DNA of 38,061 nucleotides from the NCBI GenBank assembly GCA_035257225.1, contig DATEXG010000040.1, forward strand, positions 1 to 38,061. The letters are read 5' to 3'. Below are positions 24,537 to 33,335 of the stretch, one piece after another. The translations under genes and the position numbers were made by a program. Below the pieces are notes generated by a model that was given only the letters and a program-made list of their open reading frames with translations, was not told the origin of the DNA and did not search any database. Each line of letters begins with the position of its first letter. The first letter of the stretch is position 1. This stretch comes from Candidatus Limnocylindrales bacterium. Lineage in GTDB: Bacteria > Chloroflexota > Limnocylindria > Limnocylindrales > CSP1-4.

Positions 24537-25745
24537 CTACCTGGCCTTGCCGAGGGTTGGGTCCTCAGGCACCGGGATGCCGAGGAGGAGCGGCAGTCCG
24601 ATGCGGTTGGTGTAGATGGGCCGATAGCGATCGGTGTTGTACATCGAGGCGACGTCGATCGAGCGCGGCTTCTGATCTGGGTCCGGCAGCGGCGAGTGAC
24701 TGTACTTGCCCCCTCGGATCGCCACCATTCGGCCGCTTACGCCCTCCGCCACCAGGTTCATGGCCACGTTCGCGAAGGTGATGCCGACGATGGAGTCGAC
24801 CGCGTCCGGATCGCCGGAACGCAGGTCGTAGGTGAGCTCGCTGGCCAGGGTCTCCTCGCCGGAGACGGACTGGATCTGGGATGCCAGGATCTCGGCGATA
24901 TTGGCCTTGTGCTTGTGGCCGAAGGAGTCGGGCGGGCCCCACTCGTCGATCTTGCCGCCCTCCCACATCGCGCCCTCGGCGGCGATGACGAGGGAGTAGC
25001 GGCTGGGGTTGTTCAGCTTGTCCTCCACGAGGAGCTCGACGAGGTGGTCCAGGTTGAACTTGTACTCGGGGATGAGACAACGGGCGCTGGTGACGTAGGC
25101 GGTGTACAGGGCGGTGAAGCCGGCGTCGCGGCCGAAGATCCGGAAGACGCCGATCCGCTCGTGCGAGCCGAGCGTGGTCCGCTGGCGGTTGATCGCGTCC
25201 TTCGCCCGGCTGATCGCGGTCGAGAAGCCGATGCAGTACTCGGTCCCCTGGACGTCGTTGTCCATCGTCTTGGGGACGGCGATCAGCTTCACACCGTTGT
25301 CGGCTAGTACCTGGCTGAAGCTCAGGGTGTCGTCGCCGCCGATCGGGATGAGGTAGTCGAGGCCGAGGCGCTCGATGTTTTCCAGGACGATTGGCGTGAA
25401 GTTGTACTCGCCATCCTTCGTTTCGAGCTGCTTGAGGCGATCTGGCCCGATGTGCGCCGGGAGCTTGGCCGCCTTCATCTTGCGGGCGTTCGTGCGGGAG
25501 GTGTGGAGCCACGTGCCGCCGGTCCGGTCGATCGCGCGGGTGTTGTTGCGATCGAGCGGGACGATGTAGTTCTCATCAAGGCCGGGACCGGGCTTCATGT
25601 TCGTGAGGCCTTCCCAGCCGCGCCGGATCCCGTAGACCTCGTACCCAATCTCGGTGGCGCGATACACGACACTTTTGATGACGGAATTCAGACCGGGGAC
25701 GTCGCCGCCGCCGGTGAGGATGCCGATGCGCGGGGTTCGAGCCAT
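24537..25745 (-). CDS. pfp: 6-phosphofructokinase, predicted pyrophosphate-dependent type
   Basis: IGILTGGGDVPGLNSVI, IPIGGDDTLS and AVPKTMDNDV. Start at ATG 25745 (RBS GGAAGGCAGGA) rather than the ORF-track start at 25808. Confidence 0.85.
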   Translation of the reverse strand: MARTPRIGILTGGGDVPGLNSVIKSVVYRATEIGYEVYGIRRGWEGLTNMKPGPGLDENYIVPLDRNNTRAIDRTGGTWLHTSRTNARKMKAAKLPAHIGPDRLKQLETKDGEYNFTPIVLENIERLGLDYLIPIGGDDTLSFSQVLADNGVKLIAVPKTMDNDVQGTEYCIGFSTAISRAKDAINRQRTTLGSHERIGVFRIFGRDAGFTALYTAYVTSARCLIPEYKFNLDHLVELLVEDKLNNPSRYSLVIAAEGAMWEGGKIDEWGPPDSFGHKHKANIAEILASQIQSVSGEETLASELTYDLRSGDPDAVDSIVGITFANVAMNLVAEGVSGRMVAIRGGKYSHSPLPDPDQKPRSIDVASMYNTDRYRPIYTNRIGLPLLLGIPVPEDPTLGKAR

Positions 25746-25963
25746 TCCTGCCTTCCGTGGATGTTCTGGCGCAGCCGGCGAAGCGGCCGCATTGATGACG
25801 ACTTCCATATCTTAAGGTGTGCGGGGCGATCGGCGGCGGTCCGAAGCGCACGAAACGCCGTCGTCCATGTCACGCCCGCCTGGGCCGCGTGGCCCGGAGC
25901 CTTGCGGCGCGGGGCACGCGTGGAGCGCGGAGGTGCGCAGCGCCGCCCCCGGCTGCGCCCCTG

Positions 25964-26842
25964 CTACGGCTCGAAGCGGTAACGGAGGAAGAGGTCGTCG
26001 CCGGCACGACGAGCCCAGGCCAGGCTGGCCCAGCGGCCCCGGCCGCCGCCCAAGCTCGTACCCTCGACGAGAGCCAGGCGCCGGGCGGTGGCATCCCGTC
26101 CGACGACTTGCGGCGCCACGGTCAGAAACAGCTCGTCGATCAGGCGGGCTTCCAGCAGCTCGCCAAAGAGGTGCGGCCCGCCCTCGCACAGGGCGAGGCG
26201 CGCGCCGGCGCCGCGGACTACTTCCAGCACTGCGCCCGCCGCGACCCGCTTCTCGTCGCCCGCGACCTTGACCTGCACATGCGGGGCCAGGGGAAGCTTC
26301 GCCAGGTGGTCCGCGCCGGCCGGGGTCGTGGCCACGATGACCGGCACGTCGGGATCGTTGAGGCCCGCGTGTGCGGCATCCAGGTCGCCGCTTGCGGTGA
26401 CGATGATCGTCGTGGGCTGCGGAGCCAGCCGCATCTCGGAGCGCCACGCCGCGAAGACGCCGGCCAGCTCCGGCTCAACGAATCGAGCAGTCCACACGTG
26501 CTTCCGGCCGACGCGCACCGTTCCGGCGCCCACGACGACCACGTCCGCGAGGCCGCGCAGCAGGGACATCATGAATCGGTCGGCTTCGGAGAAACCGCTG
26601 ATCTCGCCTCCGCCGGCGCTGGGCTCGCTCGGGCCCAGCGAGACGACGCCGTCGATGGTCGACACGAAGTTGGCCACGATGGTGGGGCGATCCGGCCGAA
26701 GCTCGACCGTCAGCTCGCCGTCGAATCGACTCGCCAGTCCGGGCGGCAGGGGGCTGCCGCGCAGATCGACCAGGCCGGCACGACCTCCATCGGGCGCCTG
26801 CCACAGCTTCTCGAGCGCGAGCCGCTCGCTTCGACCGGCCAT
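25964..26842 (-). CDS. RibD C-terminal-domain / dihydrofolate-reductase-family reductase
   Basis: The pattern is typical of RibD_C proteins: TIDGVVSL, DVVVVGAGTVR, LCEGGPHLFGELLEARLIDELFLTVAPQVVG. The ATG is 8 nt after the folE stop and is preceded by GAGG. Confidence 0.75.
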   Translation of the reverse strand: MAGRSERLALEKLWQAPDGGRAGLVDLRGSPLPPGLASRFDGELTVELRPDRPTIVANFVSTIDGVVSLGPSEPSAGGGEISGFSEADRFMMSLLRGLADVVVVGAGTVRVGRKHVWTARFVEPELAGVFAAWRSEMRLAPQPTTIIVTASGDLDAAHAGLNDPDVPVIVATTPAGADHLAKLPLAPHVQVKVAGDEKRVAAGAVLEVVRGAGARLALCEGGPHLFGELLEARLIDELFLTVAPQVVGRDATARRLALVEGTSLGGGRGRWASLAWARRAGDDLFLRYRFEP

Positions 26843-26850
26843 CGACTACC

Positions 26851-27606
26851 TCACTCGTGAACGCCGCGCCCCAACCCAGATAGATCGTAGAACTCCGCCC
26901 GCAGCGCCGGGCTCGTCTCGTACGCACCGCGGAAGGCCGTGGTGCGGGTCATGGGATGGACCTCCCGGACGCCGCGCATCTGGGTGCAGAGGTGGTGCGC
27001 CTCCATGTAGACGGCCACGCCGTGCGGCTCGGTCAGCTCCGCGAGCGTCTCGGCGATCTCGTGGGTCATGCGCTCCTGGACGCCGAAACGGCGAGTGGCG
27101 ATGCGAACCAGCCGCGTCAGTTTGCTGATGCCGATGATGTGCTCGTGCGCGATGTAGCCGACGAAGGCCCGGCCGACGAACGGCAGGACATGGTGCTCGC
27201 ACAAGGCGGTGAATGGGATTGGCCCTTCGACCACCTGGGATAGCTCGCAGCTCGCGCCGCCATAGCACTCGGTCGGGAAGACGGTGACGAGCTTGGGGTC
27301 GCCGTCGTAGCCCTCGGTCGCGTCGTAGAGGGCGCGGACGAATCGTCGAGGCGTGTCGCGAGTGCCGGGCTTGTCCAGGTTCAGCCCGAAGGCGGTCAGC
27401 ATCTCGGCCACGCCGGCTTCGAAGCGGGCCCAGTCGCCCGGGGCGAGCGCGGACCGGCGAAGGCGAACCGCCGGATCGTCTAGCTCGATCGGGATCCGGG
27501 CGCTCGATCGGTGCACCACGCCATCGAGGGCATCGTCGTGGCCGTCTCTGGCGCCGCGAAGAAGCGGTCCGTGGGTGTGCGGTTCGGTCGAATGGTGCTG
27601 ATCCAT
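26851..27606 (-). CDS. folE: GTP cyclohydrolase I (FolE) with a His-rich N-terminal extension
   Basis: Core motifs DTPRRFVRAL, FTALCEHHVLPFVGRAFVGYI, IIGISKLTRLV and HLCTQMRGV. ATG 27606 is preceded by GGAGG. Confidence 0.85.
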   Translation of the reverse strand: MDQHHSTEPHTHGPLLRGARDGHDDALDGVVHRSSARIPIELDDPAVRLRRSALAPGDWARFEAGVAEMLTAFGLNLDKPGTRDTPRRFVRALYDATEGYDGDPKLVTVFPTECYGGASCELSQVVEGPIPFTALCEHHVLPFVGRAFVGYIAHEHIIGISKLTRLVRIATRRFGVQERMTHEIAETLAELTEPHGVAVYMEAHHLCTQMRGVREVHPMTRTTAFRGAYETSPALRAEFYDLSGLGRGVHE

Positions 27607-27708
27607 GAAGACCTCCAGTTTCTGGGAGGCAACTATGAGGCCTGGTTTGGCTAGGTGGGCTGCAGGCAAGTATTCGAGTCGGTGCTGGGAACGAGCCCCG
27701 GCCGACGA

Positions 27709-28203
27709 TCAGCGTGCGGCAGGGACCGTCTCTTCCTGAGGGTCCGTCTCTTCCTGCCCCGCCAGCGCGAACGAAGCGAGCCCGGCCAGGACCATGGCTG
27801 CGGCCACCACCAGTGCCGCGTTCGTTCTACCCACCGTGGAAAGCATCACCTGGGTCAGGAAGCTGGCAATGGGCTCCGGGGCAGCCGGCGGGGCTCCGTT
27901 GACGCTCACCGCGAGTCTGGCGACCAGGAATCCATCGAACAGGATGAACCCGCCCACGACGAGGTAGACCAGCCCGACTATCTGGTCTCGGATCCACCAG
28001 GCCACTGCTGCCACCGCCAGCGCTCCGCCTGCCGCGATCAGGTAGGCGACGGAATAGGCGAGGCTCGAGGGCGCGATGTCGTAGTTGCGCCCGGCCTGCG
28101 TCACGGCCTCGGTCACGACATTGCCGTCGAACCAGGCGGTGATCCACAACGCTAGAAAGGGTACGAGCGCTGCAATCGCCAGGCGCTTCGGTCGGCTGAT
28201 CAT
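27709..28203 (-). CDS. hypothetical integral membrane protein (4 TM)
   Basis: ATG 28203 (RBS GGAGGG) gives MISRPKRLAIAALVPFLALWITAW... with four hydrophobic spans. No family recognised. Confidence 0.5.
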   Translation of the reverse strand: MISRPKRLAIAALVPFLALWITAWFDGNVVTEAVTQAGRNYDIAPSSLAYSVAYLIAAGGALAVAAVAWWIRDQIVGLVYLVVGGFILFDGFLVARLAVSVNGAPPAAPEPIASFLTQVMLSTVGRTNAALVVAAAMVLAGLASFALAGQEETDPQEETVPAAR

Positions 28204-28288
28204 CTGTCCCTCCACATCGTGCGGGAACGTAGTCCGAAGCATCGGACCCTGGCTGGGCGCGGTCAAGGCTCCGGCCGGCCGCATCCGC

Positions 28289-28711
28289 CTAGAGCCGGCG
28301 CAGCTCCGTGGTTTCGCTTTCGGCGATGGCGCGGGCGCACGTCGGACAGAACCAGCGCGCCTCGAGCGGTGTCCCGCAGCTCTGATGGCGCAGGACGTCG
28401 GCCGACTCGGCCCGCGACCCCCAGTCGGCCAGGAGCCGCAGCGCCCCGGCCAGCTCGCGCCCTTCTGCCGTCAGCTCGTAGCTGAGGCGGAGCGGGCGTT
28501 GCGAGTAGGGTCGTGCAACGAGGACTCGCTCCCGTTCGAGGCGCTTGAGCCGGTCCGAGAGAATGTTCGGGGCGATCCCGGGAAGCGCTGCCGCAAGGTC
28601 GTTGAAGCGACGCGCGCCGTCGAGAAGCGATTCCACGAGCAGCAGACTCCAGCGGTCGCCGACTCGGTCGAGGGCGGCCTGGAGCGGGGAAGGGGTGGGC
28701 TGGTCGGTCAC
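28289..28711 (-). CDS. HxlR-family winged-helix regulator with a C-terminal Zn-ribbon-like tail
   Basis: GDRWSLLLVESLLDGARRFNDLAAALPGIAPNILSDRLKRLERERVLVARPYSQRPLRLSYELT is the HxlR signature. The tail is HQSCGTPLEARWFCPTC. The start is uncertain: GTG 28711 or TTG 28768. Confidence 0.8.
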   Translation of the reverse strand: MTDQPTPSPLQAALDRVGDRWSLLLVESLLDGARRFNDLAAALPGIAPNILSDRLKRLERERVLVARPYSQRPLRLSYELTAEGRELAGALRLLADWGSRAESADVLRHQSCGTPLEARWFCPTCARAIAESETTELRRL

Positions 28712-28880
28712 GCCGCAATGGTAGCGAGTCCGGGGTTGCGCTGGTTGGGGTTGTGTTGTAACTTGCAACTCACTAGTTACCAGCCCGCTGCGGGCGACGA
28801 ACTACCGGCCGCCGTGGGCGGGCAACACCGTTGCGAACCACGGACGGCGCGGCGGACGAAGAGATCAGGAGAAACGGAAC

Positions 28881-29807
28881 ATGGGCGCACTGGAAGAACT
28901 ACAGCAGGCAATCGCGAAGGTGGCGGAGCGCACGGCGCCGGCCGTCGTCGGCATCGGCGGGCACTGGCGCCGTGGGTCCGGCGTGATCGTCGCGGAGAAT
29001 CGGGTTCTGACCAACGCCCACAACGTCCACGGCGACGGCGCCACGTGCGTCTTCGCGGACGGCCGGAAGGAACGCGGCCGTCTTCTCGGCGAGGACATGG
29101 ACGGCGACCTGGCCGTGATCGAGGTGGACACGGCCGGCGCGAAGCCATTGCCGTGGACGAGCGGGGCGCTCCCGGCCGTCGGGACCGCGGTCTTCGCCGT
29201 CGTCAGCGCAGCGAGCGGGGGCGTCCGGACGACCATCGGGCTTGTCTCCGGCGTGGAGCGGTCCTTTCGCGGACCGGGCGGGCGGCTCATCGGCGGCAGC
29301 ATCGAACACACGGCCCCGCTCGCGTCGGGTTCGTCGGGCAGTCCCATCGTCGATGCGGAAGGAAGGCTCGTGGGGCTGAATACGCAGAGGCTCGGCGAGG
29401 GCTTCTACCTGGCACTCCCGGCCGACGAGAGCCTGAAAGCTCGAATCGACGCCCTTGGTCGAGGCGAATCCACGGTCCGGCCCAGGCTCGGAATCGCTGT
29501 GGCCCCCGGCCACGTGGCCCGGCATCTGCGCCGCGCGGTTGGACTTCCGGACCGCGAGGGCGTCCTCGTTCGCGGCGTCGAGCCGGAGAGCCCCGCCGAT
29601 GCGGCAGGGATACGCGAGGGCGACCTCATCGTCGCCGCTGCCGGCGCGTCGATCACGGATCCCGACGAGCTCCACGTCGCGCTGGACAAGGCCGGCCCCG
29701 GCAAGAAAGCCGCCACGGTCAAGCTCGAGCTGGGCCTGGTGCGTGGCGCCGAGGAGTTGACGGTCACGGTCGATCTCGCGGCTGGATCCTCGAAACCGGC
29801 CGACTGA
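28881..29807 (+). CDS. S1C (HtrA/DegP-like) trypsin-type serine protease with PDZ domain
   Basis: Catalytic triad contexts VLTNAHNV (His), DGDLAVIEV (Asp) and GSSGSPIVD (Ser). C-terminal PDZ segment GVLVRGVEPESPADAAGIREGDLIV. No obvious signal peptide or TM segment. Confidence 0.85.
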   Translation: MGALEELQQAIAKVAERTAPAVVGIGGHWRRGSGVIVAENRVLTNAHNVHGDGATCVFADGRKERGRLLGEDMDGDLAVIEVDTAGAKPLPWTSGALPAVGTAVFAVVSAASGGVRTTIGLVSGVERSFRGPGGRLIGGSIEHTAPLASGSSGSPIVDAEGRLVGLNTQRLGEGFYLALPADESLKARIDALGRGESTVRPRLGIAVAPGHVARHLRRAVGLPDREGVLVRGVEPESPADAAGIREGDLIVAAAGASITDPDELHVALDKAGPGKKAATVKLELGLVRGAEELTVTVDLAAGSSKPAD

Positions 29808-29912
29808 GACCGCCTGCCGGGCAATCCGGAGCCGACGCAGGCGTCCTGGGCGGCGCAGCTTCCGGCCGCATATCGGTCCCACGGTGGCTCCAGCGTGCGC
29901 CATGATTGGGGA

Positions 29913-31463
29913 ATGGCAGCCAGAAGCGGCGCCGCCAAACGGAGCGCCGCCCCAACCTTGATCGGCGTCGACATCGGGACGGCCTTCATCAAGGCTGCGC
30001 TCGTGACCCCGGGGAGTGGCGTGCTCCACGTCGCTCGCCGGCCTACCGACGCTCACGCCGTCCGAGGCGGCGGGGCGTACCACAAACCCGGCGAGCTGCT
30101 CGGCGCGGTGGATGCGGTTATCGCCGAGTGTGTGGCTGCCGCCGCGCACTCGCATCTTGCCCGCCCGAGCGGCATCGGTATCGCCAGCATGGGCGAGGCG
30201 GGCGTTCCCGTGGACCGGCGGAACCTGCCCGTCGGCGACATCCTGGCCTGGCACGATCCCAGGCCGGAGCGCCAGGCGGCATGGTTGGAGCGGCAGATCG
30301 GCGCGCCGGCGCTCTTCGCCCGGACGGGATTGCGGCCGGATCCCAAGTACTCGTTGACGAAGCTGCTGTGGATTCGCGAACATCGGGCCGCGGACTTCAC
30401 GCGGTTGCGCCGGTGGGCCGGCGTGGCGGAGCTGGCGGCCCTGACTCTGACCGGCAAGCTGGCCACCAACGCCTCCCTGGCCTGTCGCACGCTCATGTTC
30501 GACGTCTCCATTCGTGCCTGGGATGCCGAGCTACTGGCACTGGCGAGTCTCGAGCCCGAGAACATGCCGGAAGTGCTGCCGCTCGGCCAGGCGGTTGGCG
30601 GGCTCACCGACTCCGCCGCAAAGCGGCTGGGATTGCCGGCCGGCACGCCCGTAGCAATCGCCGGCCACGACCATTTGGCAGCCGCTCTGGGTGCAGGCGT
30701 CACGAAGCTCGGCGACGCGCTCGACTCCATGGGCAGCGCCGAGGCCACCCTGCTCGTGACCGCGGAACCGGCTCTCACCGAGGAGGTCCGGCGGGGCGGG
30801 TTCTCCACGGGCTGCCATGCCATCGACGGCCTCGCCTATGTGTCCGGCGGATTGCAGTCGTCGGGCGCCCTGGTGGACTGGTTCATCGACACGTTCCTCG
30901 CCGAGACGTCCGACGGGGCGGATCGATATGCTCGCTTCATCGAGCTGCTTGCCAGCGCCGCTCCAGGCCCGGTCGAGCCGATCGTTCGGCCGTACCTGCG
31001 CGGTAGGACGGCGCCCCATCGCGATCCGTCGGCAAGCCTGGAGTTCGAGGGGCTGCGCGAGGCTCACCGCCTGCCGGATCTGGCCGCGGCGGTGGTTGAC
31101 GGCGCCGCGTACCACGTCCGTTGGATGCTCGACGAGCTTGCCCGCATCACCACCACTCGCTTGGATCGGGTGAAGCTGACCGGCGGCGGGGCGCGGAACC
31201 GGCGCTGGGTGGTCGCGAAGGCGGCCCTGGGCCCGGGCCGGTTGGAGATCGTGCGGACCGAGGAGGCAGCCGCTCTGGGAGCGGCTTTGGTGGCGGGTGT
31301 CGCCGCCGGGGCGTACGCGTCGGTGGCGGAGGCTCTTGCCGACGCCTCTCCCTTCGACCGCGCCACAGCCCCGGCCACGATCCGCGAACGCTACGACAAC
31401 GCCTACCTGGACCGCTGGCTGCCGGCGGTCACGGCGCGGCTGCGTCAGAGCGGATCGGCCTAG
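29913..31463 (+). CDS. FGGY-family carbohydrate kinase
   Basis: LIGVDIGTAFIKAALV (phosphate-1 motif), AIAGHDHLAAALGAG, GGLQSSGALVDW, and a C-terminal KLTGGGARNRRW / AAALGAALVAG. Start is ATG 29913 or GTG 29895. Confidence 0.8.
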   Translation: MAARSGAAKRSAAPTLIGVDIGTAFIKAALVTPGSGVLHVARRPTDAHAVRGGGAYHKPGELLGAVDAVIAECVAAAAHSHLARPSGIGIASMGEAGVPVDRRNLPVGDILAWHDPRPERQAAWLERQIGAPALFARTGLRPDPKYSLTKLLWIREHRAADFTRLRRWAGVAELAALTLTGKLATNASLACRTLMFDVSIRAWDAELLALASLEPENMPEVLPLGQAVGGLTDSAAKRLGLPAGTPVAIAGHDHLAAALGAGVTKLGDALDSMGSAEATLLVTAEPALTEEVRRGGFSTGCHAIDGLAYVSGGLQSSGALVDWFIDTFLAETSDGADRYARFIELLASAAPGPVEPIVRPYLRGRTAPHRDPSASLEFEGLREAHRLPDLAAAVVDGAAYHVRWMLDELARITTTRLDRVKLTGGGARNRRWVVAKAALGPGRLEIVRTEEAAALGAALVAGVAAGAYASVAEALADASPFDRATAPATIRERYDNAYLDRWLPAVTARLRQSGSA

Positions 31464-31509
31464 CCGTCGGCGCGCCCTGGCTCCCCGCGCGGCTAGTGCC
31501 CTGGCACTG

Positions 31510-32760
31510 TCACTTGAAGGCCGCCGACTGCGATCCCACCAGGTCCACCAGGTTTCCGAGGGCTATGTTCACGTCGACCACGTGAAGGCCCCAGGCGGGA
31601 CTCTGAGACCTGGCGACCCCGGGTCGATGGTCGTTCGCGCCGCCGGTCCGGTCGATCTGGAGCCACGTGGCCCCGCCCGTGCTCTGGCAGTGCGCTGAGT
31701 ATTCGCCGGGGTACGAGACGAACGGAGTCGCGGCAAGAGGCGTGGCCGCAGCGCCACCCACCAGGAGGGAGAGTCCCGTCGTCGGGAAGTAGGGACGCAG
31801 GATCCCGCTCCCGCCGCCAGGCGCCGCGGGGTTCACGCACAGGATCTGCAAGGGGACAGTCGAGGCGGCGGGGAAAGGATTCAGAACGGAGCCGGTCCGC
31901 CCGAAGACGGCGTCGGCCGGCGGCGTCGTGTCGAAGCTCGAATAGGCGACCACGCAGCCGGTCTGCGTCGCCGAGCTGCAAGCCGGAACGTTCGCGAAGT
32001 CGCCGCCCACCAACTTGCCCACCGGCACCGTCACGTTGCCGCCCATGAGCAGCGCGGACACGAGCAGGCGGCGCGTGTCCGGGCTGGCGTCCATCTGGTA
32101 CTTGATGAGAGCGGTCAGCATGAACGCCCCCTGCGAGTGGCCAATGAGCACGACGCCACGGCCATGGTTGTAGTTGGCCAGGTAGTTGCGCCACGCTGAG
32201 CCGACGCCGCTGTAGGCGATCAGTGCGGAAGCGAAGTTGATATCGGTCGGTTTCGCGATAGCGGCGAGGGTCAGCTGCGGGTATATCGGCGCGTAGACAC
32301 GGCAGACCCGCGAGAAGAGGGCCGCCTGCGCGATCGCCACGGCCCGCTCTTCGGGGTCGACGGTGAGGTTGGCATTGGTCGTCGTCTGGCGGCTGACGGT
32401 GGGATAGACGTAGAAGCAGTCGATCGGTGGGTCGGTGGCCGGGGCAGCCGGTTCCACGGTCTTCGCCCCGGAGGCGTCGATCACGGTTGCGTCGAGGTTG
32501 CCGGCGCAAGGGTTGCCGGCGAGGCCGGGCTTGCAGAGCCAGACGGTGTCGTCAGGGACGGCGGATGGTGCGGCCGAAGCGGGGGCGGCCGAAGCGGGGG
32601 CGATCGAAGCGAACGGAGCCGAAGCTGGTGGCCCGACTGGTAGGGTCGATTGGCCGGCAGCCGTCTGGTTGATCGCCATCGAACCCGGCGTGGAGACCGC
32701 GGAGCTGCAGGCCGCCACCAGAATGGCCGCGATCGCGAGCAGAAAGGTCGTTCGTCGCAT
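31510..32760 (-). CDS. DUF3089-like alpha/beta-hydrolase lipoprotein
   Basis: ATG 32760 gives MRRTTFLLAIAAILVAACSS (lipobox VAAC). An Ala/Pro/Ser repeat linker follows, then a hydrolase core with the nucleophile elbow VVLIGHSQGAFML. The ORF-track N-terminal 103 codons are Arg/Gly-rich and were rejected. Confidence 0.75.
   Translation of the reverse strand: MRRTTFLLAIAAILVAACSSAVSTPGSMAINQTAAGQSTLPVGPPASAPFASIAPASAAPASAAPSAVPDDTVWLCKPGLAGNPCAGNLDATVIDASGAKTVEPAAPATDPPIDCFYVYPTVSRQTTTNANLTVDPEERAVAIAQAALFSRVCRVYAPIYPQLTLAAIAKPTDINFASALIAYSGVGSAWRNYLANYNHGRGVVLIGHSQGAFMLTALIKYQMDASPDTRRLLVSALLMGGNVTVPVGKLVGGDFANVPACSSATQTGCVVAYSSFDTTPPADAVFGRTGSVLNPFPAASTVPLQILCVNPAAPGGGSGILRPYFPTTGLSLLVGGAAATPLAATPFVSYPGEYSAHCQSTGGATWLQIDRTGGANDHRPGVARSQSPAWGLHVVDVNIALGNLVDLVGSQSAAFK
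32566..32625. repeat. four tandem 15-bp units inside the lipoprotein linker
   Basis: The four units are tggtgcggccgaagc, gggggcggccgaagc, gggggcgatcgaagc and gaacggagccgaagc. On the minus strand they encode the reiterated ...APASAAPASAAP... linker. Confidence 0.6.
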
Positions 32761-32942
32761 TCGAGCATGGTCGCCCCAAACGCCGATTCGCGTCGAACGG
32801 TTGCCGGTGATCTCTTCAGCGCCGTTCTGGGCAAGCCGCGACCGCGCTCGAGCCCGATGCGCCAGCCGGATCGTCCCTGGTCCCAGCCGAGAGCCACGCT
32901 CTACTCTTGTCGCCTGCATTCCGTTCGAACAGGAGCAAAGCC

Positions 32943-33311
32943 ATGGCCCGCGTGATCCATTTCGAGATCTCCGCCGACGACCCCAAGCGAGCGGTCCGGT
33001 TCTACGAGCAGGCGTTGGGCTGGAAGTTCCAGGAGTACCCGGGAGGCGGGATGGACTACTGGCTCGCAAGCACCGGACCCACTGACTCGCCCGGCATCGA
33101 CGGCGCGATCCAGGGCCGCTCGGCCCCCGGGGAGAGCACCATCAACACCGTCAGCGTGGAGAAGCTCGAGGCGTCGATCGAAGCCGTTCGCAAGGCCGGC
33201 GGCACGATCGTGGGAGAGATCATGGACATCCCTGACATCGGCCGCGTCGTCTACGCCACCGACACTGAAGGCAATCGATTCGGGCTGCTCGAGGCCCTGC
33301 CGCGGACTTAG
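32943..33311 (+). CDS. VOC (glyoxalase/bleomycin-resistance) family protein
   Basis: MARVIHFEISADDPKRAVRFYEQALGWKF ... GRVVYATDTEGNRFGLLE. RBS AGGAG precedes ATG 32943. Confidence 0.8.
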   Translation: MARVIHFEISADDPKRAVRFYEQALGWKFQEYPGGGMDYWLASTGPTDSPGIDGAIQGRSAPGESTINTVSVEKLEASIEAVRKAGGTIVGEIMDIPDIGRVVYATDTEGNRFGLLEALPRT

Positions 33312-33335
33312 CGAGGTCGCCCGGGTCGGGGGCTG

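Noticed and set aside
32761-33069. 103-codon N-terminal extension of the DUF3089-like lipoprotein ORF.
   Set aside because: ATG 32760 yields a textbook lipoprotein signal peptide. The upstream part is Arg/Gly/Ser-rich and overlaps the divergent VOC gene promoter and start region.
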